This document shows positions 37,969 to 48,619 of a stretch of DNA of 64,000 nucleotides, in pieces. The notes under the pieces are model-generated. The model ran no database searches. It saw only the letters and a list, made by a program, of their open reading frames with translations, and was not told the DNA's origin. The stretch is from an uncultured Bacteroidales bacterium (GTDB lineage Bacteria > Bacteroidota > Bacteroidia > Bacteroidales > Muribaculaceae): the NCBI GenBank assembly GCA_902787185.1, contig CADAFP010000029.1, forward strand, positions 691-64,690, in the 5' to 3' direction. Both the position numbers and the translations under genes were made by a program. Positions within the stretch are counted from its first letter, which is position 1; each line of letters opens with the position of its first letter.

Positions 37969-39804
37969 TCAACGGTAGCCGATGTGGGGCAGGGAGTTGG
38001 TGCGCTCAACGCCTTCCATCTTATTCTTCATCTCCTCATATTCCTTGAGCAGTTCTTTGTTGACCGAGGGCTTGATGCCTTCGATGGTCTTAATGAGCAA
38101 CTCTTGGGTGATGGGCTCGCGGTTGAAGGCGGCGATGGTGGCGGCCTCGTTGACGACGTAGGCGATATCACTGGCCACATAGCCGTCAGCCTTTTGTGCC
38201 AGGGCGTCGCTGTCGATTTCGCCGCAGGGGCGGTCCTTGAGGTAGAGCTCAAACATCAACTTGCGGGCCGTCAGGTCGGGCATGGGCACATACACCTGCT
38301 TGTCGATGCGGCCTGTGCGCAGCACAGCGGGATCCACCTTGTCGGGGCGGTTGCTCGTGGCGATGACAAAGATGCCGCGCTTGGAGCAGTTGTTGAGCTG
38401 CGTCAGGAACTCGTTGACCTCACCCGCCTGGTTGCTGCCCACGTTGTCGCCCGAGCGGCTGGGGACAAAGGCGTCAAACTCGTCGAAGCACAGCACCGTC
38501 GGCGCGTTTTCCTCGGCCTTCTTGAACAGGTCGGCGATTTTGCCCTGTGAGCCGTGGATATAGATGGAACCCAGGTCGCTCGCCTTGACGAGAATGAAGT
38601 TGAAGCCTGTCTCCTCGGCAAATTTCTCGGCAAAGAAGCTCTTGCCGCAGCCCGGGGGACCGTACAGCAACATGCCGTTGGGAGGCGTGAGTTTGTATTG
38701 CTCAGCCAGTTCTTTGTTCTGCAGGATGAGGATGACGCGCTTGCGCAGCATCTCCTTCAATTCATCCATGCCCGCGATGTCGGCAAAGCCGTTGCCGCTG
38801 CCTTTCTTGATTTCCACGTCGGCGCTGGTCTCAGCTGCCGCCTGTGAGCGGTCGCTGCTGCTCCGTTCCTGGGGGTAGTCGTCGGCTGCGGCTTCCTGCT
38901 GGCGGGCAGCGAGCCTGTCGCGAAATTCCTTCGCCATCTTGCTCTCGTCGCCGTCGATGAGGTCGTTGAGGATTTCGTCAACGCTCTCATAGCGCTCGGT
39001 ATAGCTCAATGACAGGCCGCAGGCGACGATGGCCTGCAATTTCACGTCGTTGATGTCGTCCACATCGATCTCGCCCTGTTCCTTACGCGCGTCTTTCACG
39101 AGGCGCAGTTTCTCTTTGCGGCTCAGCCCGGGGGTGAACTCCACGCCCCAGGGGGCTTTGCCCGTGAGCATCGTGTAGAACACGCCAGTGGCGGCGAAGA
39201 TGTCGTTCAACTCGTCATACTTGCCCAGGAAAGACTGTCCGCTGGCGTAGCGCGGGTCCAGGTCAGATGTGTCAAACGGCGGAGTGCCCATGAAGCACGG
39301 CGACACATGGCCCATGTCGATGAGTTCGGCCACGCCACCCGTCTTGCTGCTGAGCATGACGTTAGTCGGGTTGATGTCGTTGTGCAGCAACACGCCGGGA
39401 CGCTCATGCAGGTACTGCAGGCCTTGGAGCATCTCGATGAAGATCTTGACGGCGGTCTTCTTGTCGAGTTTCTTTTTCTTCTTGCGCTGGAGCATCTCGC
39501 TCAGCAGTTCACCGCTGAAGTAGGTGCATATCATGTAGTGGCATTCTCCCGCCTCATCGTTATAAACGCCATCGTCGATGTAGCTGACGATGTTCTTGTG
39601 GCTCAGTTGCCGGCAGATGGCGATTTCGGTCACCTCGCCGTCCTTGATGAGCTTGTCGGGCGTGTTCTTGAGGCGGTAAATCTTCATGAAGTAGGGGTTG
39701 CCGCCCTCGTCCTCAACGCGGTAGCTCTCGGCGTAGGGGTTCTCCTTGATGAGATACACCACATGCCACTTGTTGCCAATCGTTTGTCCTTCCTTGAGTA
39801 TCAT
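37969..39804 (-). CDS. Ser/Thr protein kinase-AAA+ ATPase fusion
   Basis: Kinase FMKIY, HNDINPTN, LIDMG; AAA FADIAGM, GPPGCGKS, FDEFD, SNRP..D.A.LR.GR.D. Confidence 0.92.
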   Translation of the reverse strand: MILKEGQTIGNKWHVVYLIKENPYAESYRVEDEGGNPYFMKIYRLKNTPDKLIKDGEVTEIAICRQLSHKNIVSYIDDGVYNDEAGECHYMICTYFSGELLSEMLQRKKKKKLDKKTAVKIFIEMLQGLQYLHERPGVLLHNDINPTNVMLSSKTGGVAELIDMGHVSPCFMGTPPFDTSDLDPRYASGQSFLGKYDELNDIFAATGVFYTMLTGKAPWGVEFTPGLSRKEKLRLVKDARKEQGEIDVDDINDVKLQAIVACGLSLSYTERYESVDEILNDLIDGDESKMAKEFRDRLAARQQEAAADDYPQERSSSDRSQAAAETSADVEIKKGSGNGFADIAGMDELKEMLRKRVILILQNKELAEQYKLTPPNGMLLYGPPGCGKSFFAEKFAEETGFNFILVKASDLGSIYIHGSQGKIADLFKKAEENAPTVLCFDEFDAFVPSRSGDNVGSNQAGEVNEFLTQLNNCSKRGIFVIATSNRPDKVDPAVLRTGRIDKQVYVPMPDLTARKLMFELYLKDRPCGEIDSDALAQKADGYVASDIAYVVNEAATIAAFNREPITQELLIKTIEGIKPSVNKELLKEYEEMKNKMEGVERTNSLPHIGYR

Positions 39805-39900
39805 ATTTTTTGTTTTTAGTCCTTTTATAGATCAATAAATACAATAAAACCAATGATTTCTGAACAGTAGCCTCTCGTTAATGCATTGTGCTCGTTGTAT

Positions 39901-41241
39901 TTATTGTTTTTCTTCTATATCAGTAGCCGTTTGTTTTTTCTGCTTGTTGGAACGCTTGATGAGCAGGTATCTCACCATCAGGTGACTGCGGTTGATGATG
40001 AGCAGGGCCAGCAGGGCGGCAAGATAGACGAACATCAGGTTACCCATGACCTTGTCACCATCCAGGTCCTTGCCCAACTCGCTCAATTCCACGGGCTGCT
40101 CCACATCGTCGAGCGACGAGAGCGTGCGTTTCCACTTGATGACACCATCCTCAAGATAGACCACCGCGGGGTTGCCGCGGGCCACCATCTTGAGTTCGCT
40201 GTCATCCATATAGTAGATGGGATAGCTTGCCATCGACACGTCTTTCCACTGTTCCACCTCTTGGGGCGTGGCTGGAGTGAGGCCAACGACATTGGCTTCA
40301 CCCACGAGGGCCGCATCGGTCAACTCGTTGAGGGCGTAAGAGTTGACCACGCCCACTTGGGGCAGGTCGGGGAACAGCAGCAGCACGGTGCGGCGGCTGT
40401 CGCCCAGCACCTCAAGCGTCACGTCGTTGCCTTCCTCGTCAAAGATGGCGATGCTGTTGTGCTGGCTTCCGTCTTGCACGATGACCTTGCCGCGCGGGCG
40501 GTTGGCATGGTAACGCGTCACATATTCCCAACCTTCTTCCTCGTCGGGTAGCTCGTCGATGGTAAACTCCTGCTCCCTACCGTCCTTGCTATAGACGAAA
40601 ATGAACTCTTCCTCGTCATTGCCGCTGTCGGCCGTCTGGCTTATCAGTTGTGTGCCGATGGGGTAGGGACGGTAATCGATGAGCGGCTGCTTGAAGTAGC
40701 CATAGTAGGAAACCGCAAGCACAAACGCCAGCGACAACGCGATAATCACCCATTGCACTGCGGGGCCATAGATGCCGCGCAGCGACTTGTTGAAGCACAA
40801 CAGATAGATGATGCCCAGCAACAGCAGCACATTCTTGCCGAAAGTCGCCCAATTGCTCAAGTGCAGCGCGTCGCCAAAGCAGCCGCAGTCGGGCACGGCA
40901 TCCGTCACGGCGAGCCACAGCGTGAGTGGCGTCATAATCAGCATCATCAATAATGCGAGCAGGGGAGCGCTACGGCGGTAGGCACCCACAACGATGAGTA
41001 TGCCCAGGATGAACTCCAGCGCCGCTAACAGCCCGGCGATGAAAAGTGACGTGTCGGCCCACTGGGCAGCGCCCATCGCGTTGAGGTAGTCGGTGATTTT
41101 GTAGCACGTCCCCCAGGGGTCAACGGCCTTGGTGAACCCCGAGAAGACGAACACGCCGCCCACAGTGAGCCGCATCAGCAGCGTCAGTATCTGACACCAC
41201 TTTTCACCTTTAACCCCGTTGATGAACGCCTTGATAGTCAT
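39901..41241 (-). CDS. DoxX/MauE-family membrane protein (BT_3928-like)
   Basis: FSGFTKAVDPWG, DCGCFGDA, TFGKN, DYRPY, RGNP. Confidence 0.85.
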   Translation of the reverse strand: MTIKAFINGVKGEKWCQILTLLMRLTVGGVFVFSGFTKAVDPWGTCYKITDYLNAMGAAQWADTSLFIAGLLAALEFILGILIVVGAYRRSAPLLALLMMLIMTPLTLWLAVTDAVPDCGCFGDALHLSNWATFGKNVLLLLGIIYLLCFNKSLRGIYGPAVQWVIIALSLAFVLAVSYYGYFKQPLIDYRPYPIGTQLISQTADSGNDEEEFIFVYSKDGREQEFTIDELPDEEEGWEYVTRYHANRPRGKVIVQDGSQHNSIAIFDEEGNDVTLEVLGDSRRTVLLLFPDLPQVGVVNSYALNELTDAALVGEANVVGLTPATPQEVEQWKDVSMASYPIYYMDDSELKMVARGNPAVVYLEDGVIKWKRTLSSLDDVEQPVELSELGKDLDGDKVMGNLMFVYLAALLALLIINRSHLMVRYLLIKRSNKQKKQTATDIEEKQ

Positions 41242-41319
41242 TTTTGTTTTAGTTTATAGTCCCTAGTTTCTAGAGAATCTAGAGAATCTAGAAAATCTAG
41301 AGAGAACAACTCCTAATTC

Positions 41320-41877
41320 CTAATTTCTAACTCCTAACTCTTCCTCGTTGTGCTTGATCAACGCAAACACGCTATAGTTGATCATGTCCTGATAGTTGGC
41401 GTCGATGCCCTCGCTCACCAGAGTCTCACCATTGTGGTTCTCAATCTCCTTGGTGCGCTGGATTTTGGTCAGGATCAGGTCGGTGTAGCTCGAGATGCGC
41501 ATGTCGCGCCAAGCCTCGCCATAGTCGGTGTTCTTGGCTATCATCAGGTCCTTCGTGTTCTGGATGAACTCGTCATAGAGCTCCAGGGCGCGCTCACGGC
41601 TGATGTCCACCGTGTCGCTGTAGCCCAGGTGCAGCTGTATCAGTCCGATGATGCCATAGTTGATGATACCGATGAACTCGGGCCAGATGCCTTCGCCCAC
41701 CTTGGTCTCACCGTTGAGCTCGAGTGTGCGGATGCGCTTGGCTTTGATGAAAATCTGGTCGGTTACCGAACGGGGCCTGAGGATGCGCCACGAGGGGCCG
41801 TAGTCCTTCATCTTGTTGATGAACAGTTCACGGCACTGGGCTATCGCCTCATCATATTGTTTGCTGGTATTGTGCAT
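41320..41877 (-). CDS. DUF1599 family protein
   Basis: Duplicated K..DYG..WR motif, SEGIDANYQDMINY; start may be 41877 or 41898. Confidence 0.85.
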   Translation of the reverse strand: MHNTSKQYDEAIAQCRELFINKMKDYGPSWRILRPRSVTDQIFIKAKRIRTLELNGETKVGEGIWPEFIGIINYGIIGLIQLHLGYSDTVDISRERALELYDEFIQNTKDLMIAKNTDYGEAWRDMRISSYTDLILTKIQRTKEIENHNGETLVSEGIDANYQDMINYSVFALIKHNEEELGVRN

Positions 41878-42037
41878 AGTCTTCACTTGAGTTGACATAT
41901 TAACTTGCAAAGATAATGATTTTTCTGATGCCATAAGGCCTACACCTCGATTTTTTCAACAAGATGAAGTGAAGGCACAGAAAAAGGGGAGCCTGTGGCC
42001 CCCCCTTTTTACTTAGTGTTCAGAGTTGGTCTTGCGT

Positions 42038-45000
42038 TTAACGCATGATCTTCTTGCTCGTGCGGCTACCGTCGTTGTAGGTCGTCACGACGATGTTGAT
42101 GCCGTCAAACGGAGTCTCGCTGGCCCTGCCAGTGATGTCATAGTAGCGCACGCTGACGATGTCCTTGTCGGTGTGAACATACTTGATTTCCTTGACGGCG
42201 GTCACGTTGCCGACACCGTCGCCATCAGAGTCGCCACTGCTGCCCTTCAACGGGAAGACGATGAACTTGCTGTCTTTGAGACTCCATTCTTCCGTGCCGT
42301 AGGGCGTGCCCTGCATGTCGGGCCAATGGTTGTCCTCGCCATCGGCACGGCGCGGAGCATTGGCAATGTGTTGCTCAATTTCGTCGTCATAATCGTTGTC
42401 TTTATACACACCTGGTACATATTCGATTTCATCAGGCTTGTCACCATGGGCGTAACGGATAACGGCAAGAATCTTATAGGCCTGTCCAGGCTTGAAAATC
42501 TGGTACCACGGCTTCTGAGGCCTTGCGTAAGGATCCGTAAACTCCATGCCTTCGAACAGCGACCAGTTCACCTGGAATGCGGCATACTGCATGTATCCGT
42601 TGCTGTAGGGACCATAAGTGGTACCATAGGGCACGCCACCCTCGGTGGTGTCTTGAGGATTGGTGCCATCCCACAATTGTCCGGTACGGTCCCAGTTCAT
42701 GGGAGCATGGAACTCACCAGGTGAATCAGGCTCTTCTCTGCAAGCTGCGGTTCCAATGATGTGCTCGGGATCGTCGTGCACAAACACTGCCCAAGTGATG
42801 TAGGCAACCTCTTGAGGCTTGGGTGCCACGTAGAACATCTTGGTGGGCTCAGAGTCGATTCTCATGTGGTCAACAAAGGTTTCTTGTGTCTCTTCGTTGG
42901 TCTTCCATACGGGAATGGTCCGGTAAACGCCGTCATAGATGCCAGGACTCCAGTCCTGATGAACGTAGCTGAACACTACCGAGTCGTTGAAGTGGCTGGT
43001 AACATATACGTTGGGCTCGTATTTGGTTACAGGCAGAGGCATAGCGATGTTGGTGATGTGCATCTGAGGATTGATCTTGCTCACCAGATTACCCGACATC
43101 GAGCCGCCAGGGATAATCTTACCTTCATACTGTTTCAGATAAGCACGCTCACCTTGAGTGGCCGACTCAAAGTTCTCGTCGTCAAACAACTCCTTGTTGT
43201 AGGTCACGTCGGTGTTCTGGAGATGGCCGTTGTCAAAGTTGGGCGACAGCACAATCTTCACCCAGTTACTCTGGTCATAGTAGTCGCGCTTGATCTGAAT
43301 CTGCGAACCACCAGGATAATTGGCGGTCTTGGGATGAGCGCAGGTCTCATAAACATAGTCGGTGGTGCCATCGGGGCGAACCGACTTGGCTGAATATTTC
43401 TCGAAGTCCTTGGCATAGAGGGCACCGCGAACAGTGATGTATTGCCTATTACCCTCGGCATCAAGAATGGGATTGCCGGCCATGTCGGTCTCCAAAATCT
43501 TGGTGATGGCGCTTTCGTCATAATAGACACCAATCAGATTGTCCTCAACGGTGTACTTGGGACCGTTGACGATACCGCTGTTGATGATGCCATTGAGCGA
43601 GTTGCCCAGGTAAACCATACCCAGGTAGTCATAGCAGGCGCCGTTGTCAAACACAAGGTCACCAGTCTGCTGGCGGGTGTGGTCCTCGTTCAAGCCGTTG
43701 TCAAAGATGACGTTGGAGGGGACGACATACTCATCGTTCTCGTCCTTGCCCCAGATGCGGTGGAAGTCTTCCATCAGACCGAAGTCATAGCACCAAACCT
43801 CATAGCCATCCTCGTCATAGCCGACAAAGGTACACTTCTTGCCAGGATATGCCCCAGTGAACTCGATGACGGGCTCACCCTCATACCAGGCATAGCAGTA
43901 AACCGAGTCCCAACCGGTCGTGTTGGTGTAGTACACATAATAGTGGTCCTCGAGCATCGTTGAGCAATCGCTCACGCCGCTGGCCGTCACGTCATAGTAC
44001 AATGCCGTCACGTCTTGCAGTTTGTCGTTGTGCTGGTGATCCACTTGGTAGTCTTCGGTTGCATCCTCGTCCTTCCAGATAAGCCAAACCTCGCCGGAAC
44101 GGCGCATCACCATCTGCGACTTGAGGTCTTCATTGACCGTGCGGATGAAGTAGAACTCGCAAATCGAGTTGCTCACGGTCCAGGCATACCACTCCTTGCC
44201 ATCGACGGTAGTAGTGTCGGGCAGGTCCTTCAGATAACCGTTACCGCCATAAGGCTCATTGCCATTCATGAGCTCGCCCTCATAGGTGTAGTTGGTGGGA
44301 CCGTCCTGAGCCATCAGGTAGGTGTCACCAGCATTCTTGAGGTTCAGCTTGTTCCATGCGTAGATACCGCCGCGCTTGCCTTCAAGCGTCTGCCCGTTAT
44401 AGGTGCCGCCGGCGGGGTTAAGCGTGACGTTGCTGGTCTTCTGCAGGAAAATCTTGGTTACCGTAGCGTCGGCAGTCTTGCGCAGCGTGACGGTACCCTT
44501 CTCCAGGTTCACCACGACGATGTACTTGCCGGTGGTGCCGGTGAAGTGGAAGTTGTTGGTGTTCGATTCCAACTTTTGTGCAAAGCCTATCATCAGGTCG
44601 GAAATCTCATAGCCAGGATCCACAGCACCCAGTGCGGTAGCGTCGCTCAGTGCGGTCGAGAACAGGAAGTAGTCCCCGTTGGTGAGCGTGACGGTGGTCT
44701 GGTAGATGTTGCCGTCAACCGATGTCATCTCCACACTGTTGTTCTCGTAAGACCATTCGACACCATAGGACATGTACAGGGTCTGATGGCTCTTCTTCAC
44801 CATCACCTGACGGTTAACCGGGTTGAAGAAGATGTCATAGGCACCCGACTGCTCAACATACCAGTTGTAGGTGTTGTTCACATAGTCGCGTGTGTTCATC
44901 CACTCGCCCAGCAGGGCTTCGGTGATGGCCACATGGTCGTTGTTGTCAGGGCTCAAGCGGTTGGCGTTGAGCGTAGCCCAATCCTCGCTGTTGCTTCCCA

Positions 45001-48000
45001 AGACAGTGGCAAAGCCGAAGTGGCTCATTGCGGTGAGCACGACATTCTCCAGCACGTAGTAACCCGTTTCGTTATCAAGTGTCATCGGGATACCTGCGTT
45101 GGCAGCCCACTGCTGTGAGCCTGCATTACCGACAACATATACATGGCTGATCGGGTCGGCGGCAATGAGCGTGACGGTAACGGTCACGGCGCCGGTGTTG
45201 CTGTCGATGGTCACGGTCACATCGTAGGTGCCGGGCACGTTGACATTGAACTTCTGGTTATCGCCATCGGGATACCAGTTGCCTTCGTTGTCGCGAACCT
45301 TATATTCATAGTCAACGCTCTGGTCGAGGTGAACGTTGCTGGCGGTCCAGCTGTAGGTGCCGTCACCGTTGTCGGTCAACATGGTGCCGTTGCCCATCTC
45401 CCATCCGTTGGGGAAGATGCTGGTGTCATCACCGACGACATAATAGGCGATGGCTGCGTCGGCCTCGTCATTGGGACCGTCAACAGTGTTGCCGCCACCA
45501 TAGGTGAAGTAGTTGTCACCAGGCTGGGCGGTCAGGTTAGCGGTCTGGGACGTGCCATTCTCGTTAAAGATGACGTTGATGGTCGAGGAATAGGAGGTGT
45601 AAGTCACATGATAATAGGTGTGGCCGTTGATCACCTGCGAGGTCAGGCTCGACAGTGCGTTGCCGCTCCAGGGAGCTGACAATTCGCCCTCGCTGTCCCA
45701 AGCATACAGGTACACGTTGCTAATAGGCTCGTTGCCCTTGTAGCGCACATAGATGTCATAGGTATAAACTTGGTCGGCCTGTACCAGCGTGGGAACGGCG
45801 GTCACATTGGTGCCGTCGAAGGTGAACACCACGTTGTAGGTGCCCCTGGCGTCCACTCTGAACGAGGCGTTGTCGCTACCTTCGGGATACCAAGAACCGT
45901 TGCTGCCGTGCACCTTGTACTGATAGTCGGTATTGGCTTCCAGATGAACGTTGCTTGCCGTCCAGGTATAGGTGCCGTTGTCCTCAGTCATGAGCGTCTC
46001 GCTGCTGATGTCCCATCCGTTGGGGAAGATGGCGGTTTCCTCGCCCACGACAAAGAAGTCGGGCTCATCGGCGTGAGATGACGGACCGACGACGTCGCTA
46101 CCGCCACCATATGTGAAGTAATTGTCACCGGGCAGAGTGGTCAGGTTAGCGGTCTGGGAAGTACCGTTCTCGTTGAAGATGACGGTGATATTCGAGTAAT
46201 AGGAAGTGTAGGTCACCTTGTAGTAGGTGAAATCGTTGATTTCCTGCGTGGTCAGGCTCGACAGGGCAGTGCCGCTCCAGGCTGCCGACAAGTCGCCGAC
46301 GGCATCCCAGGCGTAGATGAACACGTTGCTGACAGGCTCGCTGCCCGTGTAGCGCACATAGATGTCATAGGTGTAAACCGGGTCGGCCTGAATCAGCGAG
46401 GGCACGGCAGTCACATTGGTGCCGTCGAAGGTGAACACCACATTGTAGGTGCCGTTGGCATCTACGCTAAACGTGGCGTCCTCGTTGGCGGGATGCCAGG
46501 AACCGTCAGAGTCGAGCACCCTGTATGTATAGCTGGTACCGGCATCCAGATGGACGTCGCTTGCGGTCCAGGTGTAGGTGCCGTTGTCATTAGCCATCAG
46601 CGTCTCGCTGCCGCTATCCCATCCGTTGGGGAAGATGTCTTCATCAGCGCCCACGACGTAGTAAACGGTCGGAGCGTCGGCTTGGTCATTGGGACCGTCA
46701 ACAGTGTTGCCGCCGCCATAGGTGAAGTAGTTGTCACCGGGCTCGGCGGTCAGGTCAGCGGTCTGGGACGTACCGTTCTCGTTGAAGATGACGTTGATGG
46801 TCGAGAAATAGGAGGTGTAGGTCACATGATAGTAAGTGTGGCCGTTAATCACCTGCGAGGTCAGGCTCGACAGGGCGGTGCCGCTCCACGCTGCCGACAA
46901 AGTACTGGCGGCATCCCAGGCATACAGGAACACGTTGCTGGCAGGCTCGCTGCCCGTGTAGCGCACATAGATGTCATAGGTGTAAACCGGGTCGGCTTGA
47001 ATCAGCGAGGGCACGGCATTGACGTTAGTGCCGTCAAAGGTGAACACCACATTATAGGAACCGCTATCATCGACAGTGAACGTGGCATTGTTGCTTGAGG
47101 GGTGCCACGAGTCATCACTGCCATGAACCTTGAACTGGTAGGTGGTGCCCTTCTCCAGATGAACGTTGCTTGCCGTCCAAGTGTAGGTGCCATTGTTCTC
47201 GGTCATCAGCGTCTCGCTGCCGTTATTCCATCCATTGGGGAAGATGTTGGTGTCAGCACCCACAACATAGTAGTCGACAGGAGCAGAAGGAGCAGTGCCT
47301 ACAACATTGAATCTCATGTTGGTTACATCCAGGGTGATGGTCACGGGACCCGCATCCACGTTAACGAAATAGGCGCCGCTACCCTTCTGGGTGTCGACCC
47401 AAGAGCCATCCAGGCTCACTTCCACATTGCCACTGGTGGGACCAATACGGTGGTTGCCGTTGAAGTCATTCCAGTCGCTACCCTGACCGTCACCAAAGGC
47501 GAAGTAGTAATTGCCCGCAGTGGTAACGTTATAGCTATAGGTGTAGATGCCATTGCCCTCATCAGTCATGGTAGTGGTGGGGTTGTATTTGAACCCGCCC
47601 AGGCCCAAGCCGTTGTCACCCGTGATGTAATAGGTGGGGGTGACGGGGGTGACAGACTTCTCGGTTACAGTGACGTTGACCTCCTTGGTAACCACATTGA
47701 ACGAGAATACCACATCGGCAGTGCCGGTGAAGCCGATTGAATAATTGTAGTTTGAGCCTGGCCAAGCGTAGGTCCAGGCATGGTCCTGAACGACTTTAAA
47801 CTGGTAGGGACCTTGCGTGACGTTCACATCGGTGAACGACAGCGTGTAGTTCACGCCGTCGGTGGTGGTCATGTCGTTGTTGGCATCGGTTTGTCCCCAA
47901 CTGGAGCCTAACAATTCGGTTTGGCTGCCTGCAACGGTCAGCGTCTTGAACGGGCCGAACACCGAGACGGCATTGCCATTCGTGTTGAAGATATACACGA

Positions 48001-48325
48001 TGTTTTGCGTGCCCGATGAACTCACATTGTAATTGTAGTTACTGCCAGGCCAAGAAGTGCCCCATCCATGATTCAGGCACACCTTGAACTGATAGTCTCC
48101 AGAATTGACGTTGGCTGTTTTGGCCAGATAGTAGTAGGTCGTGCTACCCATGCGCACCATGTCATTGCTGGTGTTGCTCGGATCCCACTCTGTTCCTAAC
48201 ACCGAGACAGGAGTGCCCGCAACGGTGTAGGTCTGGGCCATCAGCTGCGGTACGGACGCAGCGAGGCAGAAAATCAAGGCCAGTAGCTTGATCCTCTCAT
48301 TGATGAATAGTCGGAATTGTCTCAT
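42038..48325 (-). CDS. 2095-aa secreted repeat protein with putative starch/carbohydrate-binding modules and T9SS-type CTD
   Basis: Signal peptide; X25/CBM26-like modules (YAWD..WSG..YY..INVIFN); three 609-nt internal repeats (anchor at 45741, 46350, 46959); CTD VRYYDITGR...KIMR. Confidence 0.85.
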   Translation of the reverse strand: MRQFRLFINERIKLLALIFCLAASVPQLMAQTYTVAGTPVSVLGTEWDPSNTSNDMVRMGSTTYYYLAKTANVNSGDYQFKVCLNHGWGTSWPGSNYNYNVSSSGTQNIVYIFNTNGNAVSVFGPFKTLTVAGSQTELLGSSWGQTDANNDMTTTDGVNYTLSFTDVNVTQGPYQFKVVQDHAWTYAWPGSNYNYSIGFTGTADVVFSFNVVTKEVNVTVTEKSVTPVTPTYYITGDNGLGLGGFKYNPTTTMTDEGNGIYTYSYNVTTAGNYYFAFGDGQGSDWNDFNGNHRIGPTSGNVEVSLDGSWVDTQKGSGAYFVNVDAGPVTITLDVTNMRFNVVGTAPSAPVDYYVVGADTNIFPNGWNNGSETLMTENNGTYTWTASNVHLEKGTTYQFKVHGSDDSWHPSSNNATFTVDDSGSYNVVFTFDGTNVNAVPSLIQADPVYTYDIYVRYTGSEPASNVFLYAWDAASTLSAAWSGTALSSLTSQVINGHTYYHVTYTSYFSTINVIFNENGTSQTADLTAEPGDNYFTYGGGNTVDGPNDQADAPTVYYVVGADEDIFPNGWDSGSETLMANDNGTYTWTASDVHLDAGTSYTYRVLDSDGSWHPANEDATFSVDANGTYNVVFTFDGTNVTAVPSLIQADPVYTYDIYVRYTGSEPVSNVFIYAWDAVGDLSAAWSGTALSSLTTQEINDFTYYKVTYTSYYSNITVIFNENGTSQTANLTTLPGDNYFTYGGGSDVVGPSSHADEPDFFVVGEETAIFPNGWDISSETLMTEDNGTYTWTASNVHLEANTDYQYKVHGSNGSWYPEGSDNASFRVDARGTYNVVFTFDGTNVTAVPTLVQADQVYTYDIYVRYKGNEPISNVYLYAWDSEGELSAPWSGNALSSLTSQVINGHTYYHVTYTSYSSTINVIFNENGTSQTANLTAQPGDNYFTYGGGNTVDGPNDEADAAIAYYVVGDDTSIFPNGWEMGNGTMLTDNGDGTYSWTASNVHLDQSVDYEYKVRDNEGNWYPDGDNQKFNVNVPGTYDVTVTIDSNTGAVTVTVTLIAADPISHVYVVGNAGSQQWAANAGIPMTLDNETGYYVLENVVLTAMSHFGFATVLGSNSEDWATLNANRLSPDNNDHVAITEALLGEWMNTRDYVNNTYNWYVEQSGAYDIFFNPVNRQVMVKKSHQTLYMSYGVEWSYENNSVEMTSVDGNIYQTTVTLTNGDYFLFSTALSDATALGAVDPGYEISDLMIGFAQKLESNTNNFHFTGTTGKYIVVVNLEKGTVTLRKTADATVTKIFLQKTSNVTLNPAGGTYNGQTLEGKRGGIYAWNKLNLKNAGDTYLMAQDGPTNYTYEGELMNGNEPYGGNGYLKDLPDTTTVDGKEWYAWTVSNSICEFYFIRTVNEDLKSQMVMRRSGEVWLIWKDEDATEDYQVDHQHNDKLQDVTALYYDVTASGVSDCSTMLEDHYYVYYTNTTGWDSVYCYAWYEGEPVIEFTGAYPGKKCTFVGYDEDGYEVWCYDFGLMEDFHRIWGKDENDEYVVPSNVIFDNGLNEDHTRQQTGDLVFDNGACYDYLGMVYLGNSLNGIINSGIVNGPKYTVEDNLIGVYYDESAITKILETDMAGNPILDAEGNRQYITVRGALYAKDFEKYSAKSVRPDGTTDYVYETCAHPKTANYPGGSQIQIKRDYYDQSNWVKIVLSPNFDNGHLQNTDVTYNKELFDDENFESATQGERAYLKQYEGKIIPGGSMSGNLVSKINPQMHITNIAMPLPVTKYEPNVYVTSHFNDSVVFSYVHQDWSPGIYDGVYRTIPVWKTNEETQETFVDHMRIDSEPTKMFYVAPKPQEVAYITWAVFVHDDPEHIIGTAACREEPDSPGEFHAPMNWDRTGQLWDGTNPQDTTEGGVPYGTTYGPYSNGYMQYAAFQVNWSLFEGMEFTDPYARPQKPWYQIFKPGQAYKILAVIRYAHGDKPDEIEYVPGVYKDNDYDDEIEQHIANAPRRADGEDNHWPDMQGTPYGTEEWSLKDSKFIVFPLKGSSGDSDGDGVGNVTAVKEIKYVHTDKDIVSVRYYDITGRASETPFDGINIVVTTYNDGSRTSKKIMR

Positions 48326-48619
48326 CTTAAAAATTTGGTTATATGATAAATAAAAATGTTTGTCGGTTGGTTATGGCCGGGATAATAGACGCTTGAGAAG
48401 TAGAAAAGTTTAATCAACGCAAGAAAAAAACTATCCTCAGTGAAAATCAACACATTGCGGCAAATATACGATACTTTTTTTTAATAATGTGTAGCACCTG
48501 TTGGGACTAATAGGTGATTTTTGTGTGCAATCGTTTGCGTTAAAACTATTAAAAGCAGGACGGGAGGGCTTTTCTCTCCTGTCCTGTCGGAATGGTTTTC
48601 ATGGTATGGGACTCAAGGC

